Assembly (NCBI GenBank): GCA_038243585.1
Contig: JBBSQY010000017.1
Coordinates: 1 to 63,368, forward strand
DNA: 63,368 nucleotides
Direction of reading: 5' to 3'
Source: Candidatus Sumerlaeales bacterium
GTDB lineage: Bacteria > Sumerlaeota > Sumerlaeia > Sumerlaeales > Sumerlaeaceae
Within the stretch, counting starts at the first letter, position 1; every line of letters starts with the position of its first letter. The position numbers were made by a program, and so were the translations under genes. The notes below the pieces were generated by a model. That model searched no databases and was not told the origin of the DNA. It saw only the letters and a list, made by a program, of their open reading frames with translations. Shown one piece after another: positions 16,554-25,842 of the stretch.

Positions 16554-18269
16554 CTAAGCGGGCAGATTTCGCTCCAGTTGCTCCGCCAGGGGCCGCAGCA
16601 TTGCTTCGTCAAAGGCGAAGGATAGACCGGCTCGTTCGAACAGTTCAGGCAAGGGCCGGCTGTTTCCAAGTGCCAGGGCGGCCCGGTAATCGGCCACCGT
16701 CGCCGTGCTGTCGGATAGGTATTTTACCCACAACTGCAACGCTCCGAGTTGCGCGATTCCATACTCTATGTAATATAGGGGCACACAGAAAAAATGGAGT
16801 TTGTTGATCCATGAGCATTCTCGCCATTCCGGTAACACCGGCCAATCCAACTGGTCTCCAAGGCGCGTCTCCAATTCCAGCCATTTGGCGGACCGCTCAG
16901 CCCGAGTGTGCCCCGGATTTTTATAAAGCCAGTGTTGAAAGGAATCGACACGCATGATCCAAGGCAGCAACATCACGATATCTTCCAGATGAGCCTGCCT
17001 GGCACGCGCGGCATCCGACGCATTATAGAACGAGTCAAGTTTTTCGCTGGCCATCATTTCCATGCCCATGCTGGCGACTTCACAGAACTCAATAGGAGCG
17101 TTTCTATAGCCATGGATTGGCTCGTCGCGGTAAGCAAGGGCGTGAAACGCGTGGCCGCCCTCATGAAGCAAAGTAAATAGATCCTGGTTGCGCCCAGTGG
17201 CGTTCATAAAGATAAACGGAAGCCGCGCTTCGTCAAGGGTGCTTTGGTATCCTCCGGGGGCTTTGCCTTTTCGGCTTTGCAGGTCCAGCAAACTCTTATC
17301 CCGAAGCACATGAAAATCCTGCGAAAACCGTGGGTCGACAGCTTCGAAAATTTTATCGGCACCTGAAACCATTGCTTCTGATGAATCGAAAGGCCGCAAC
17401 GGAGCCCGCCCCTGCGCATCAACCTGCAAATCCCACGGACACAGCTGCTTCAGGCCCATCTGCTGCTTGCGGCGCTCAAGGAGTTTCGTCCGGATGGGGC
17501 GAATCACCTGGGCTACCGCTTCGTGAAATTGTTCGCAATCCGCCGGAGTGTAATCGAAGCGTCCTAATCTTTTGAACTGAAAATCCAGAAAGTTATCGAA
17601 CCCGGCATTCAATGCCATTTTGTGACGGAGTTCCAGCATCTGATCGAACATGGTTTCCATGTTTTCTCGATCGGCCAGTTGGCGAGTGGTTGCCGCCGTC
17701 CATGCAGCCTGGCGTGTTGTCCTGTCTGTTTCTTCCAGGTATTTCGTTAGTTGCGGCATAGTGCGGTCCTGGCCGTCAAACTGTGCCGTTTGCTCGCCGC
17801 AAAGCTTTTGGTACTGCTGACTTAGGGTGTCGTCCGCTGTCTGAAGCTCAATATTGCTTTGGCGAAACAGCTCTACTTCGTTTTGGTGATTACGCGTAAA
17901 AACTTCGTAACGTTCAGCGGGGAGCTGGGAACGGGCGGGCGAAACCAGGAACTTCTTGCTGAGTTCAAAATACAAAGGCTCGCATCGCGGCAGAATTTCC
18001 TGCACATAGTGAAGATATGCGGCTTCAAGGTCAGCGTTATCCGTGTCGCACGTCATGCGGATATAGCGGAGAGACGATTCCTGACTTATGGCGGCCGACA
18101 GTTCAGAATACTGGAGTAGCCACTTTTCGAGTTCATCCAGGGTGGAAACGTCAGAGGCGTCTAGCTTTGCGAAATAGGGTTCTATAGCTTCCCAATTACC
18201 GAGATCCAGATTAACTGGCAGAAACTCTCGTGGGAACTCTTTTGATTCTGTTGGCAACGTAACGGACAT
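16554..18269 (-). CDS. M3-family oligoendopeptidase (PepF-like)
   Basis: RKGKAPGGY, TLLHEGGHAFH, EVASMGME and LYYIEYGIAQLGALQ motifs; AGGAG RBS. Confidence 0.93.
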   Translation of the reverse strand: MSVTLPTESKEFPREFLPVNLDLGNWEAIEPYFAKLDASDVSTLDELEKWLLQYSELSAAISQESSLRYIRMTCDTDNADLEAAYLHYVQEILPRCEPLYFELSKKFLVSPARSQLPAERYEVFTRNHQNEVELFRQSNIELQTADDTLSQQYQKLCGEQTAQFDGQDRTMPQLTKYLEETDRTTRQAAWTAATTRQLADRENMETMFDQMLELRHKMALNAGFDNFLDFQFKRLGRFDYTPADCEQFHEAVAQVIRPIRTKLLERRKQQMGLKQLCPWDLQVDAQGRAPLRPFDSSEAMVSGADKIFEAVDPRFSQDFHVLRDKSLLDLQSRKGKAPGGYQSTLDEARLPFIFMNATGRNQDLFTLLHEGGHAFHALAYRDEPIHGYRNAPIEFCEVASMGMEMMASEKLDSFYNASDAARARQAHLEDIVMLLPWIMRVDSFQHWLYKNPGHTRAERSAKWLELETRLGDQLDWPVLPEWRECSWINKLHFFCVPLYYIEYGIAQLGALQLWVKYLSDSTATVADYRAALALGNSRPLPELFERAGLSFAFDEAMLRPLAEQLERNLPA

Positions 18270-18344
18270 TATGCGGTGAACTCCTGAGTAATATACTTCG
18301 GCTGGCGATGATGTGGGTGATTGATTAACCAGTTAAAAGGGTGG

Positions 18345-19856
18345 TTAGTTTGCCCGCACTGATATTGCGGCGTTGCTCATGGCCTGAGCGCGCGCGCCTG
18401 GCTTGCCGATCAAATCAAACCCCAGAAATGTAATGGCTGTGCCTGGCGCTGTGGATTCGTTCTCATCAGCACTGAAAGCGACTACTGTGCTGGCTGCGGG
18501 CGCATTTGCCCGAAACTTGATCGTTGCCATAACTCCCTCAGTTGGTACAGGCGAACGGGAGCCAAAACCCATCTCATAAACGATTAGTCCGAGATTATTA
18601 TAGGCAATGTTTTTGCGATGGTAGTCAAAAGGCAACTGTTCGTGATAGGCCCCGTCGAAGATGTTTACACCCCTGGAAATCCAGTTGCCTTCATCAGTGT
18701 CGATAACGTTGAGGATCTCCGGATCAAACCGAACCTGAAGTTTGACGGAATCCATGTCGGCCTGTCTGGGGTTCCTGTACAGAACATCTACCAAAAAGTC
18801 TTCGCCTACATGAACGTTAAGCTTGCGAGGTTTCAGGGATAGCTGAACGCCGCCTTCGGCCGTCCCCGCATTAATATTGGTCGCCAGTGCAACGGCTGAG
18901 AATGGGTTGTTTGAAGTTTCGGCCAGTTCAATGCTGCCGTTTGCGGCTTCAATTGAAATCGTCGCGTCCAGCAGGCCTGCGTTTTTTGATGATTCCACTG
19001 TTCCATCGCCTCGCATATGGAGGATGTTTTCTCCCTGCAAATTGAAAACTCCGGAAGGGTTGTCAGTGGTGTTGACGAAAGCTACGGGCGTGTTTGATAC
19101 TGGCGCCAACGCTTTCCACTGGATTTTAGCAAGGGTAAGAAAGCTGTCACTTCTGGGTTCTTTAAAATCCGCGGCTATGCTGAGCAGTCCCCTTCCTTGG
19201 TCTACCATAACACGAGTAGGCGATTGCAGATTGCTGCTGGTAGCGGAGTCGTCTACTCCGATAGGCCTGATCAGGAGTGGATCGAATTTTATGGAAGCGT
19301 CAACCTGGCTAAACGCGCTCGATTTAGGATTGTAAAGTGCCAGACGGGTAACAAACGTTTTATTTTCCAGAACGCTAACGTTCAGGGACGGGCGATCACC
19401 AGCCATTCCCTCTAAATACATAATGTTGGTTTCTGGATCTACCTGCATCTGGAACGCAATTTCAACGGGAGGCCTTCCCCCGGCACTACCACTTTTACTA
19501 CCGCTTTTCCCGCCACTATCGGCCTTTTTTGCTCCTTCGACAGTCTTAGCGTCTTTAGCGGCGGGGGTGTCTCCGGCCTTTTTGGCTTCTTTATCGCCAC
19601 TTCGCCGACTGGAGCGACTATTGGTTTCGCGGGAACTGGTTTTGTCTTTTCTCTCTCGGGATTTCTCATCGGTGGTTTCGCCACGACTGCTAGATGACCG
19701 GCTTGATCTGCTACTCCGACCCTCGCTGTTTCGGCCACTGTCCCGACCTCCACTGCCAGAAGCATCACCCATGTTGCTCTGAGCCATAGAAGGAGTTGTG
19801 GGAACACTTACAAAAATTAATGCCACACAAAATAAAACTTTTCCCCAAAATCCCAC
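18345..19856 (-). CDS. Exported protein with a disordered S/R/K-rich N-region and two cohesin-like beta domains
   Basis: GTG 19856 after GGAGGA; signal peptide. Cohesin-like VHVGEDFLVDV...QVRFDPEILNV...GVMATIKFRA and SIKFDPLLI...LAKIQWKAL. Confidence 0.75.
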   Translation of the reverse strand: MGFWGKVLFCVALIFVSVPTTPSMAQSNMGDASGSGGRDSGRNSEGRSSRSSRSSSSRGETTDEKSRERKDKTSSRETNSRSSRRSGDKEAKKAGDTPAAKDAKTVEGAKKADSGGKSGSKSGSAGGRPPVEIAFQMQVDPETNIMYLEGMAGDRPSLNVSVLENKTFVTRLALYNPKSSAFSQVDASIKFDPLLIRPIGVDDSATSSNLQSPTRVMVDQGRGLLSIAADFKEPRSDSFLTLAKIQWKALAPVSNTPVAFVNTTDNPSGVFNLQGENILHMRGDGTVESSKNAGLLDATISIEAANGSIELAETSNNPFSAVALATNINAGTAEGGVQLSLKPRKLNVHVGEDFLVDVLYRNPRQADMDSVKLQVRFDPEILNVIDTDEGNWISRGVNIFDGAYHEQLPFDYHRKNIAYNNLGLIVYEMGFGSRSPVPTEGVMATIKFRANAPAASTVVAFSADENESTAPGTAITFLGFDLIGKPGARAQAMSNAAISVRAN

Positions 19857-20078
19857 GATATATCCTCCCTGCAATCTGTCATCTGCACTACAAGCGGCTA
19901 TGCGAAAACGTTAAAGCAAATAAATGTGACCTAAACGCTTAATAATTTGCCAAGTTTTGTGGCACTTGATTTGCGCGCCTATTTCTGTTGCATACTTAAT
20001 TTCAATACAGATGCTATATTCCGTACTTCTGATGTTTGAAAATTGAACAATATGAGAGAATAGGGAAGGTGTGATTTA

Positions 20079-21125
20079 ATGGTGACAGTGGTTTTCACGC
20101 CGGCATATCAAGTTTACCTTACCCGTAGATGTGCGTTTGCGTGCAGTTACTGCAATTTTCCTAACGTGCCTTCTCCGTTGCCCCCCTCTCCAAAAGCTTT
20201 TCGAACTTTTTTGCGTACAGCCCAAAGGCTTGGGGCATGGCAGGTCACTCTCACATCTGGGGAAGGGATAGCTCGCGTTCCGGAAATTGAAAGTGCAATG
20301 CGCTATTATGGTTTCCCCGGCTGGTTTGATTACATTTATGAATTATGTCGTTTGACCCTTGAAGCGAAAGGTCGTCAGCCGCTTATTCCGGTTTTGGATA
20401 TTGGTTCCATCCCAGTGAAAGAATTACGTCGGCTTGCGCCCGTTGTCCCGCTTATGCGATTAATGCTCGATTCTGTAGATCCGGCGTTAGTATCGACCAT
20501 TCATAGTCGAGCGCCACAAAAGAACCCGCTACTTAGAACCCTTGCTCTGAATGACATTGGCCGTGCGGGCATTCCACTTAATACAGGCATCAGGGTTGGA
20601 ATTGGTGAAAGCCCGGACAGTTGGGCCGAGGCTGCGAGAATTGCGAACGAAATTCATCAACGTCATGGCAACGTCATGGCCTTTCACGTTATCCCGTTTA
20701 TGCCAGACCCTTACTCCCCCATGGAAAAGAATCCGCCAGTTCCTGCAGAAGTCTTTAATCATGCTATCAAAACAGTGCGGCAACATTTGTCGAGCGATAT
20801 AACAGTTGTCGCCGAGGTGTTTCACAGACTAGCTCTCGCTCCTGAGGCGGTAGTCAGCGGTGCTTTTGATTTAGGCCCAATCTTTTTGGCGAACAATGAA
20901 CGCTTTGATGTCGATATGCTTAATGCGGTTAACGGGGTAAGCGAATTGCTGGGTAAAATCCATATTGATGTAAAATGCGTGCCTGTTATCCGCGAAAGCT
21001 TTGCCTCAATTTATAACCTGCCCCCCCTGGTAAGATCAAATCTTGCGCGTTTTCAGCAAGGCTTAGACATTAACTGCCTTTCCTCTGACACTCCGGCGGA
21101 AGGATCGCCGGTTCCGGTAGGATAA
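20079..21125 (+). CDS. Radical SAM protein, divergent CofG (FO synthase subunit)-like
   Basis: CX3CX2C in YLTRRCAFACSYCNF; CofG-like segments TSGE, HSRAPQKNPLLR and GIPLNTGIRVGIGE. Confidence 0.75.
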   Translation: MVTVVFTPAYQVYLTRRCAFACSYCNFPNVPSPLPPSPKAFRTFLRTAQRLGAWQVTLTSGEGIARVPEIESAMRYYGFPGWFDYIYELCRLTLEAKGRQPLIPVLDIGSIPVKELRRLAPVVPLMRLMLDSVDPALVSTIHSRAPQKNPLLRTLALNDIGRAGIPLNTGIRVGIGESPDSWAEAARIANEIHQRHGNVMAFHVIPFMPDPYSPMEKNPPVPAEVFNHAIKTVRQHLSSDITVVAEVFHRLALAPEAVVSGAFDLGPIFLANNERFDVDMLNAVNGVSELLGKIHIDVKCVPVIRESFASIYNLPPLVRSNLARFQQGLDINCLSSDTPAEGSPVPVG

Positions 21126-21133
21126 AACCGGTA

Positions 21134-22432
21134 TTAGTCTTTCAACGGCTCATCAAGCCGTATGCGCACTGAAGCCGCATGTGCCGCCAGACCTTCGCTT
21201 TCCGCCAGGCAAATCGTGTGCGGCGCAGCGGCCAGAAATGCTTCTCGCGAAAATGTCAGTACGTTGCTCGCTTTCATAAAAGCATCGACTCCGAGGGGGG
21301 AAAAAAAACGTGCTGTGCCTCCCGTAGGTAAAACGTGATTTGGACCAGCCACGTAATCGCCTATGGGTTCGGGAGTGTACGGACCAATAAATATCGCTCC
21401 CACATTGCTCACCGCAGCAGCTAGTTCTGCAGGATTCTCCGTTAAAATTTCCATATGCTCCGGAGCTTTCATTTCGGCAACTTCCGCCGCCTGCTGCCGG
21501 GTTTCCACATGAACGAAGATCCCGCCAAACTCAAGGCTCCGCCGTGCTTGGTCCGCCCGAGATGCCTTCAGAAGCTGCTTTTCCAGTTCTAACTCAACCG
21601 CTTTAAAATCAAAGTTATCTATGCCCACCAACACTACTGTTTCTCCGCCCGTGTGCTCCGCCTGCGCAAGCAGATCTGCCGCAACATATGACGCCTTTGC
21701 CGAGTTATCTGCTATAATTAAGACTTCGCTGTTACCGGCTATTGAATCGATGTCGATAGTGCCATAAAGCAATCGTTTCGCCAAAGCCACAAATTCATTC
21801 CCCGGCCCCACCACCTTGTCAACTTTCGGCACGATGTCCGTTCCAAATGCCATCGCCGCAATAGCCTGAGCCCCGCCCGCAAGGTATATGGAATCAGATA
21901 CGCCCAGCATCTCTGCGACTGCAAAGGGTACAAAGCTTTTAGGTTCCGTTTTTACCGGAGGTGTGCATACAACGATTTCCGGCACGCCGGCAACTTGCGC
22001 TGGAATGATGTTCATCAGCATTGTGCTTGGATAAGAAGCCTGGCCACCTGGAACGTAAGCACCAATGCGTTTTAACGGGCGAAGCCTCTGCTCGAGCACC
22101 GCACCGTTTCTCTGAAAAACAAAGCCGGTCCGCACCTGCTGCGCATGAAACGCTTTAATCCCGTCAGCGGCAAATTCCAAAGCTTCTCTTAGAGACTTGT
22201 CTAAATGTAAGAGAGCATCGCGACAGACCTCAGGTTTCACCTTAAGACCTTGGGCTTCCAATGTCACGTGGTCAAACTTCTCAGCATACTGGAGAAGGGC
22301 CGCATCGCCTTGACTCCGCACGTTTTCGATAATTTCCTGAACTAGTCCCAGGTTGCGGTCATCCCGGGCTTCGGATTCATTAAACTTAGCTGCAAGAGCC
22401 TCACGCTCCTGAGGATATCGGAAAATCTTCAT
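21134..22432 (-). CDS. hisD: Histidinol dehydrogenase
   Basis: YVPGG, GGAQAIAAMAFGT, GPGNEFV, DLLAQAEH, APEH and GDYVAGPNHVLPT motifs. Confidence 0.97.
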   Translation of the reverse strand: MKIFRYPQEREALAAKFNESEARDDRNLGLVQEIIENVRSQGDAALLQYAEKFDHVTLEAQGLKVKPEVCRDALLHLDKSLREALEFAADGIKAFHAQQVRTGFVFQRNGAVLEQRLRPLKRIGAYVPGGQASYPSTMLMNIIPAQVAGVPEIVVCTPPVKTEPKSFVPFAVAEMLGVSDSIYLAGGAQAIAAMAFGTDIVPKVDKVVGPGNEFVALAKRLLYGTIDIDSIAGNSEVLIIADNSAKASYVAADLLAQAEHTGGETVVLVGIDNFDFKAVELELEKQLLKASRADQARRSLEFGGIFVHVETRQQAAEVAEMKAPEHMEILTENPAELAAAVSNVGAIFIGPYTPEPIGDYVAGPNHVLPTGGTARFFSPLGVDAFMKASNVLTFSREAFLAAAPHTICLAESEGLAAHAASVRIRLDEPLKD

Positions 22433-22866
22433 GCAACGGCTCTACAGCCGGGAGCAGTCTTTTATCGAAGAAACCTTACAGGATGTTGTCTTGCTGCCAA
22501 AGTCAACACGCACGGGTCTGATGGGCATAATAGCCCTGCGAACTTCACATTTGGTTTCTGTGAACCCCAAAAAAGGGAATCCAGCTGAAAACTAAACCGT
22601 AAATTGTCTTATAAAAATTAACTGATAGCTCATTAGCTGCGGCACATTAAGGCAGTATGAACACGCTGCAGCACATGTTCGGGCTTGTTCGGACAGCGTT
22701 GATAAAAAATACCTTGCATAGCCGTGCTGCAACCAACTTCTAAACCCGACAATGCAACAATTCTGTTAAGGGCGATGAATCGGATAGTAAAGGATCAGGG
22801 AGCACGATCTGTAGTTTAGGTTTTCTCAGATGAAAACTCCAATACTTACGAGAACGAGATATAAGG

Positions 22867-23946
22867 ATGAGTTACAACTTTGCAGCCCGGTTTCTCCTCG
22901 CCGCCTTAACGGTAGTTCTAATTAGTGGTTGTGGTGAAATGAAGGGTCCTATTCTCGCCAGCAACGGTGATGATGATTCAGGACCCTCGGATTCTCTTGT
23001 AGCCGGGGGATCATCTTTCGCTTATCCGGTAATGAACCACTGGACAAGCTACTATAACAAGGAAACCGGGGTTCAGGTGAACTATCAATCTTTGGGCAGT
23101 AGCGGTGGCATTAAGCAATTTACGGTTAAGACCTTGGATTTCGGCGCGACAGATGCTCCGATGACTGAGGAACAACTGGCCGAAGCCAAAGACGACGTTT
23201 TACATATTCCTGTTGTTATGGGCGCGGTTGCAGTCACTTATAATCTTCCTGGCGTTAAGAGTCGCCTCACACTATCGGGTGAAGTAGTAGCTAATATCTA
23301 TCTAGGTAAGATTAAAAAATGGAACGATCCGGCTATCGCCGCGCTTAACCCTTCAGTGCCACTCCCCGCCGCCGATATCGTAACGGTACGACGAGCCGAC
23401 GGCAGTGGAACTACTTTTATTTTCGCTGACTTTCTGGCCAAGAGCAGCCCTGAATGGGAAAAGATTGTAGGTGTGGGAAACAGTCTGGATTGGCCGGCGG
23501 ACAGCATTGGCGGTAAAGGGAACGAGGGTGTCGCGGCACGGGTTCAACAAACGAAGAACTCCATTGGCTATGTCGAACTGGTTTACGCGCTTCAAAGTAA
23601 GCTTTCCACTGCAGCTATCATTAACCAGGCAGGGTCTGCTGTTATCCCGTCTATAGCTACTGTGACCGCTGCTGCTGCAGAGCTGACCACCATACCCGAA
23701 GATCTTCGCCTTAGCATCACTAATGCGCCTGGAGAAAAAGCTTATCCCATGGCGGGCATAACCTGGATCGTGGCTCGTACGAAAATGGACAATACAAGCA
23801 AAGCGCTTGCAGTGCAGGCATTTTTGACGTATATTTTGAGTGATAAAAGCCAAGCGACGGCTGATAAGCTCAACTATTCAAAACTTCCACCGAAACTACT
23901 TGAACTGGCCAGGTCTAAAATTAATAAGATCAGTGGTATAAATTGA
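22867..23946 (+). CDS. pstS: Phosphate ABC transporter substrate-binding lipoprotein
   Basis: Lipobox ISGC; GGSSFAYP, NYQSLGSSGGI, DFGATD, RADGSGTT and GKGNEGV motifs. Confidence 0.96.
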   Translation: MSYNFAARFLLAALTVVLISGCGEMKGPILASNGDDDSGPSDSLVAGGSSFAYPVMNHWTSYYNKETGVQVNYQSLGSSGGIKQFTVKTLDFGATDAPMTEEQLAEAKDDVLHIPVVMGAVAVTYNLPGVKSRLTLSGEVVANIYLGKIKKWNDPAIAALNPSVPLPAADIVTVRRADGSGTTFIFADFLAKSSPEWEKIVGVGNSLDWPADSIGGKGNEGVAARVQQTKNSIGYVELVYALQSKLSTAAIINQAGSAVIPSIATVTAAAAELTTIPEDLRLSITNAPGEKAYPMAGITWIVARTKMDNTSKALAVQAFLTYILSDKSQATADKLNYSKLPPKLLELARSKINKISGIN

Positions 23947-24935
23947 CGCCGGCTTCTTCTGAAATAATCAATGTGGAAAGCCGCACGCCACGGGTGCGCC
24001 GATTTAAAGCGGTTGCGTCGACAATTCTACGGCGAAACGACCGTATTGCGTTTTCTATTAGTCTCGGCTCTGGTCTGCTTACAATTGCTCTGCTTGCGGG
24101 GATTTTATACCAGCTAATCTTCTTGTCACTTCCGGCTATTCAGCGATATGGGCTTGGGTTTCTTATCAGTTCTGAATGGGATCCGGTACACAAGAAGTTC
24201 GGCGCACTGCCTTTCATTTATGGAACCCTCGTCTCCAGCGCCATTGCTCTGCTGATTGCGACTCCTTTTGGGATTGGAACGGCACTGTACCTCACGGAAC
24301 TTGCCCCTCGCAAGCTCCGCGGGATTATAGCTTTTGTCGTCGATATGCTCGCCGCCATACCAAGTGTGGTCTATGGCTTGTGGGGCATCTTCGTGCTGGC
24401 ACCGTTCATTCAGGAGAGCATCGCTCCAATCCTGCAGAAATACCTGGGCTTTTTGCCCCTCTTTCAGGGACGGTGTGACGGAGTGAGTATGCTGACCGCC
24501 GGGCTCATCCTCGCGATTATGGTTGTTCCGTTCATTACTGCCATAGCTCGGGAAGTCCTGTTGACGGCCCCAGGTGAGTTAAAAGCGGCATCCCTGGCTC
24601 TTGGAGCCACGGAATGGGAGACCATCTGGAAGGTGATTCTTCCTTATAGCCGGGTAGGCATCGGAGCCGGGGTTGTGCTCGCACTCGGGCGGGCCTTGGG
24701 CGAGACCATGGCCGTTACTATGGTCATTGGTAATATGCCTGAAATAAGCGCTTCTATCTTGCGGCCGGGGCATTCCATGGCCGCTGTTATCGCAAACGAG
24801 TTCAGAGAGGCGGACAGCGCAATATATCTAAGCGTGCTTGTTGAAATCGGTCTTGTTCTCTTTGCCGTGGCTCTCGTAATTAATTTAGCGGCAAGACTGC
24901 TATTATGGAGGATGCGGGGTGTCGCGAAAAACTAG
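23943..24935 (+). CDS. pstC: Phosphate ABC transporter permease PstC
   Basis: WDPV...FGALPFIYGTL, LAAIPSVVYGLWG and GRALGETMAV motifs. Confidence 0.96.
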   Translation: MTPASSEIINVESRTPRVRRFKAVASTILRRNDRIAFSISLGSGLLTIALLAGILYQLIFLSLPAIQRYGLGFLISSEWDPVHKKFGALPFIYGTLVSSAIALLIATPFGIGTALYLTELAPRKLRGIIAFVVDMLAAIPSVVYGLWGIFVLAPFIQESIAPILQKYLGFLPLFQGRCDGVSMLTAGLILAIMVVPFITAIAREVLLTAPGELKAASLALGATEWETIWKVILPYSRVGIGAGVVLALGRALGETMAVTMVIGNMPEISASILRPGHSMAAVIANEFREADSAIYLSVLVEIGLVLFAVALVINLAARLLLWRMRGVAKN

Positions 24936-25794
24936 AATTGCATATGGAGGAAGCGCGCACATCAGCAGACGGCGGCTTTATAACGCTGTCTGGTTGGTAG
25001 TAATGGGCCTGTGTGCTTTGGCGCTTATAGCGCCGCTGGCCGGAATTCTGGGTTATCTGATTTATAAAGGCTTCTCCTCCATTAATATTGCCTTTTTCAC
25101 GGAACTGCCCGCTCCTGTAGGGGAACCGGGTGGCGGCGTAGCAAATGCGATTGTCGGCTCTTTAATGGTAATCAGCATGGGAGCAATTGCGGCCATTCCG
25201 CTGGGTATTATGACTTCAGTCTATGTTCATGAGTTCGCCCGGGGCAGTCGCCTCGCCACGATTATCCGGTTCGTGTGCGATATGCTCAATGCCACTCCCA
25301 GCATCATCCTTGGCATCTTCGCATATAGCGTGGTAGTTCTGTCTACAGGCCAATTTTCAGCGATTGCCGGTTCATTTGCCCTGTTTGTCATGATGACCCC
25401 CGTAGTCGTGCGTGGTACAGAGGAAATCCTCCGTACTGTGCCGGATTCGATACGCGCTGCATCTCTCGCCCTCGGAGCCTCGCGCTGGCAAACCATCTGG
25501 AAAGTGGTGCTGCCTGCGGCGCGGCGCGGTATCACTACGGCGGCCTGCCTTTCCCTGGCTCGTATCGGCGGAGAAACAGCCCCTTTGCTTTTCACTGCTC
25601 TGGGTAATGATTTTTGGAATTTCGACCCTACACGAGCCACGAATACCCTGCCTGTTCAGATCTTTAAATTCGCATCATCTCCGTACCCAGACTGGCATCG
25701 TCAGGCCTGGGCAGCAGCTCTTCTTCTTGTTTTAGGAATATCCATTACGAATGCCGTGGCCCGCTTCGCAACCCGCACAAAAACCGTCGCCTGA
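24919..25794 (+). CDS. pstA: Phosphate ABC transporter permease PstA
   Basis: GGVANAIVGS, PSIILGIF, ARIGGETAPLLFT and AWAAAL motifs. Confidence 0.95.
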   Translation: MSRKTRIAYGGSAHISRRRLYNAVWLVVMGLCALALIAPLAGILGYLIYKGFSSINIAFFTELPAPVGEPGGGVANAIVGSLMVISMGAIAAIPLGIMTSVYVHEFARGSRLATIIRFVCDMLNATPSIILGIFAYSVVVLSTGQFSAIAGSFALFVMMTPVVVRGTEEILRTVPDSIRAASLALGASRWQTIWKVVLPAARRGITTAACLSLARIGGETAPLLFTALGNDFWNFDPTRATNTLPVQIFKFASSPYPDWHRQAWAAALLLVLGISITNAVARFATRTKTVA

Positions 25795-25842
25795 TTTTTT
25801 CTGAGAGGGTCGTCAGCCTGTCGCCCACTCGAATTGCACGCC

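Noticed and set aside
22595..22790. Pho box upstream of pstS
   Set aside because: Only weak partial matches (e.g. TTGTCTTATAAAAATTAAC) with no clear 11-bp-periodic repeat.
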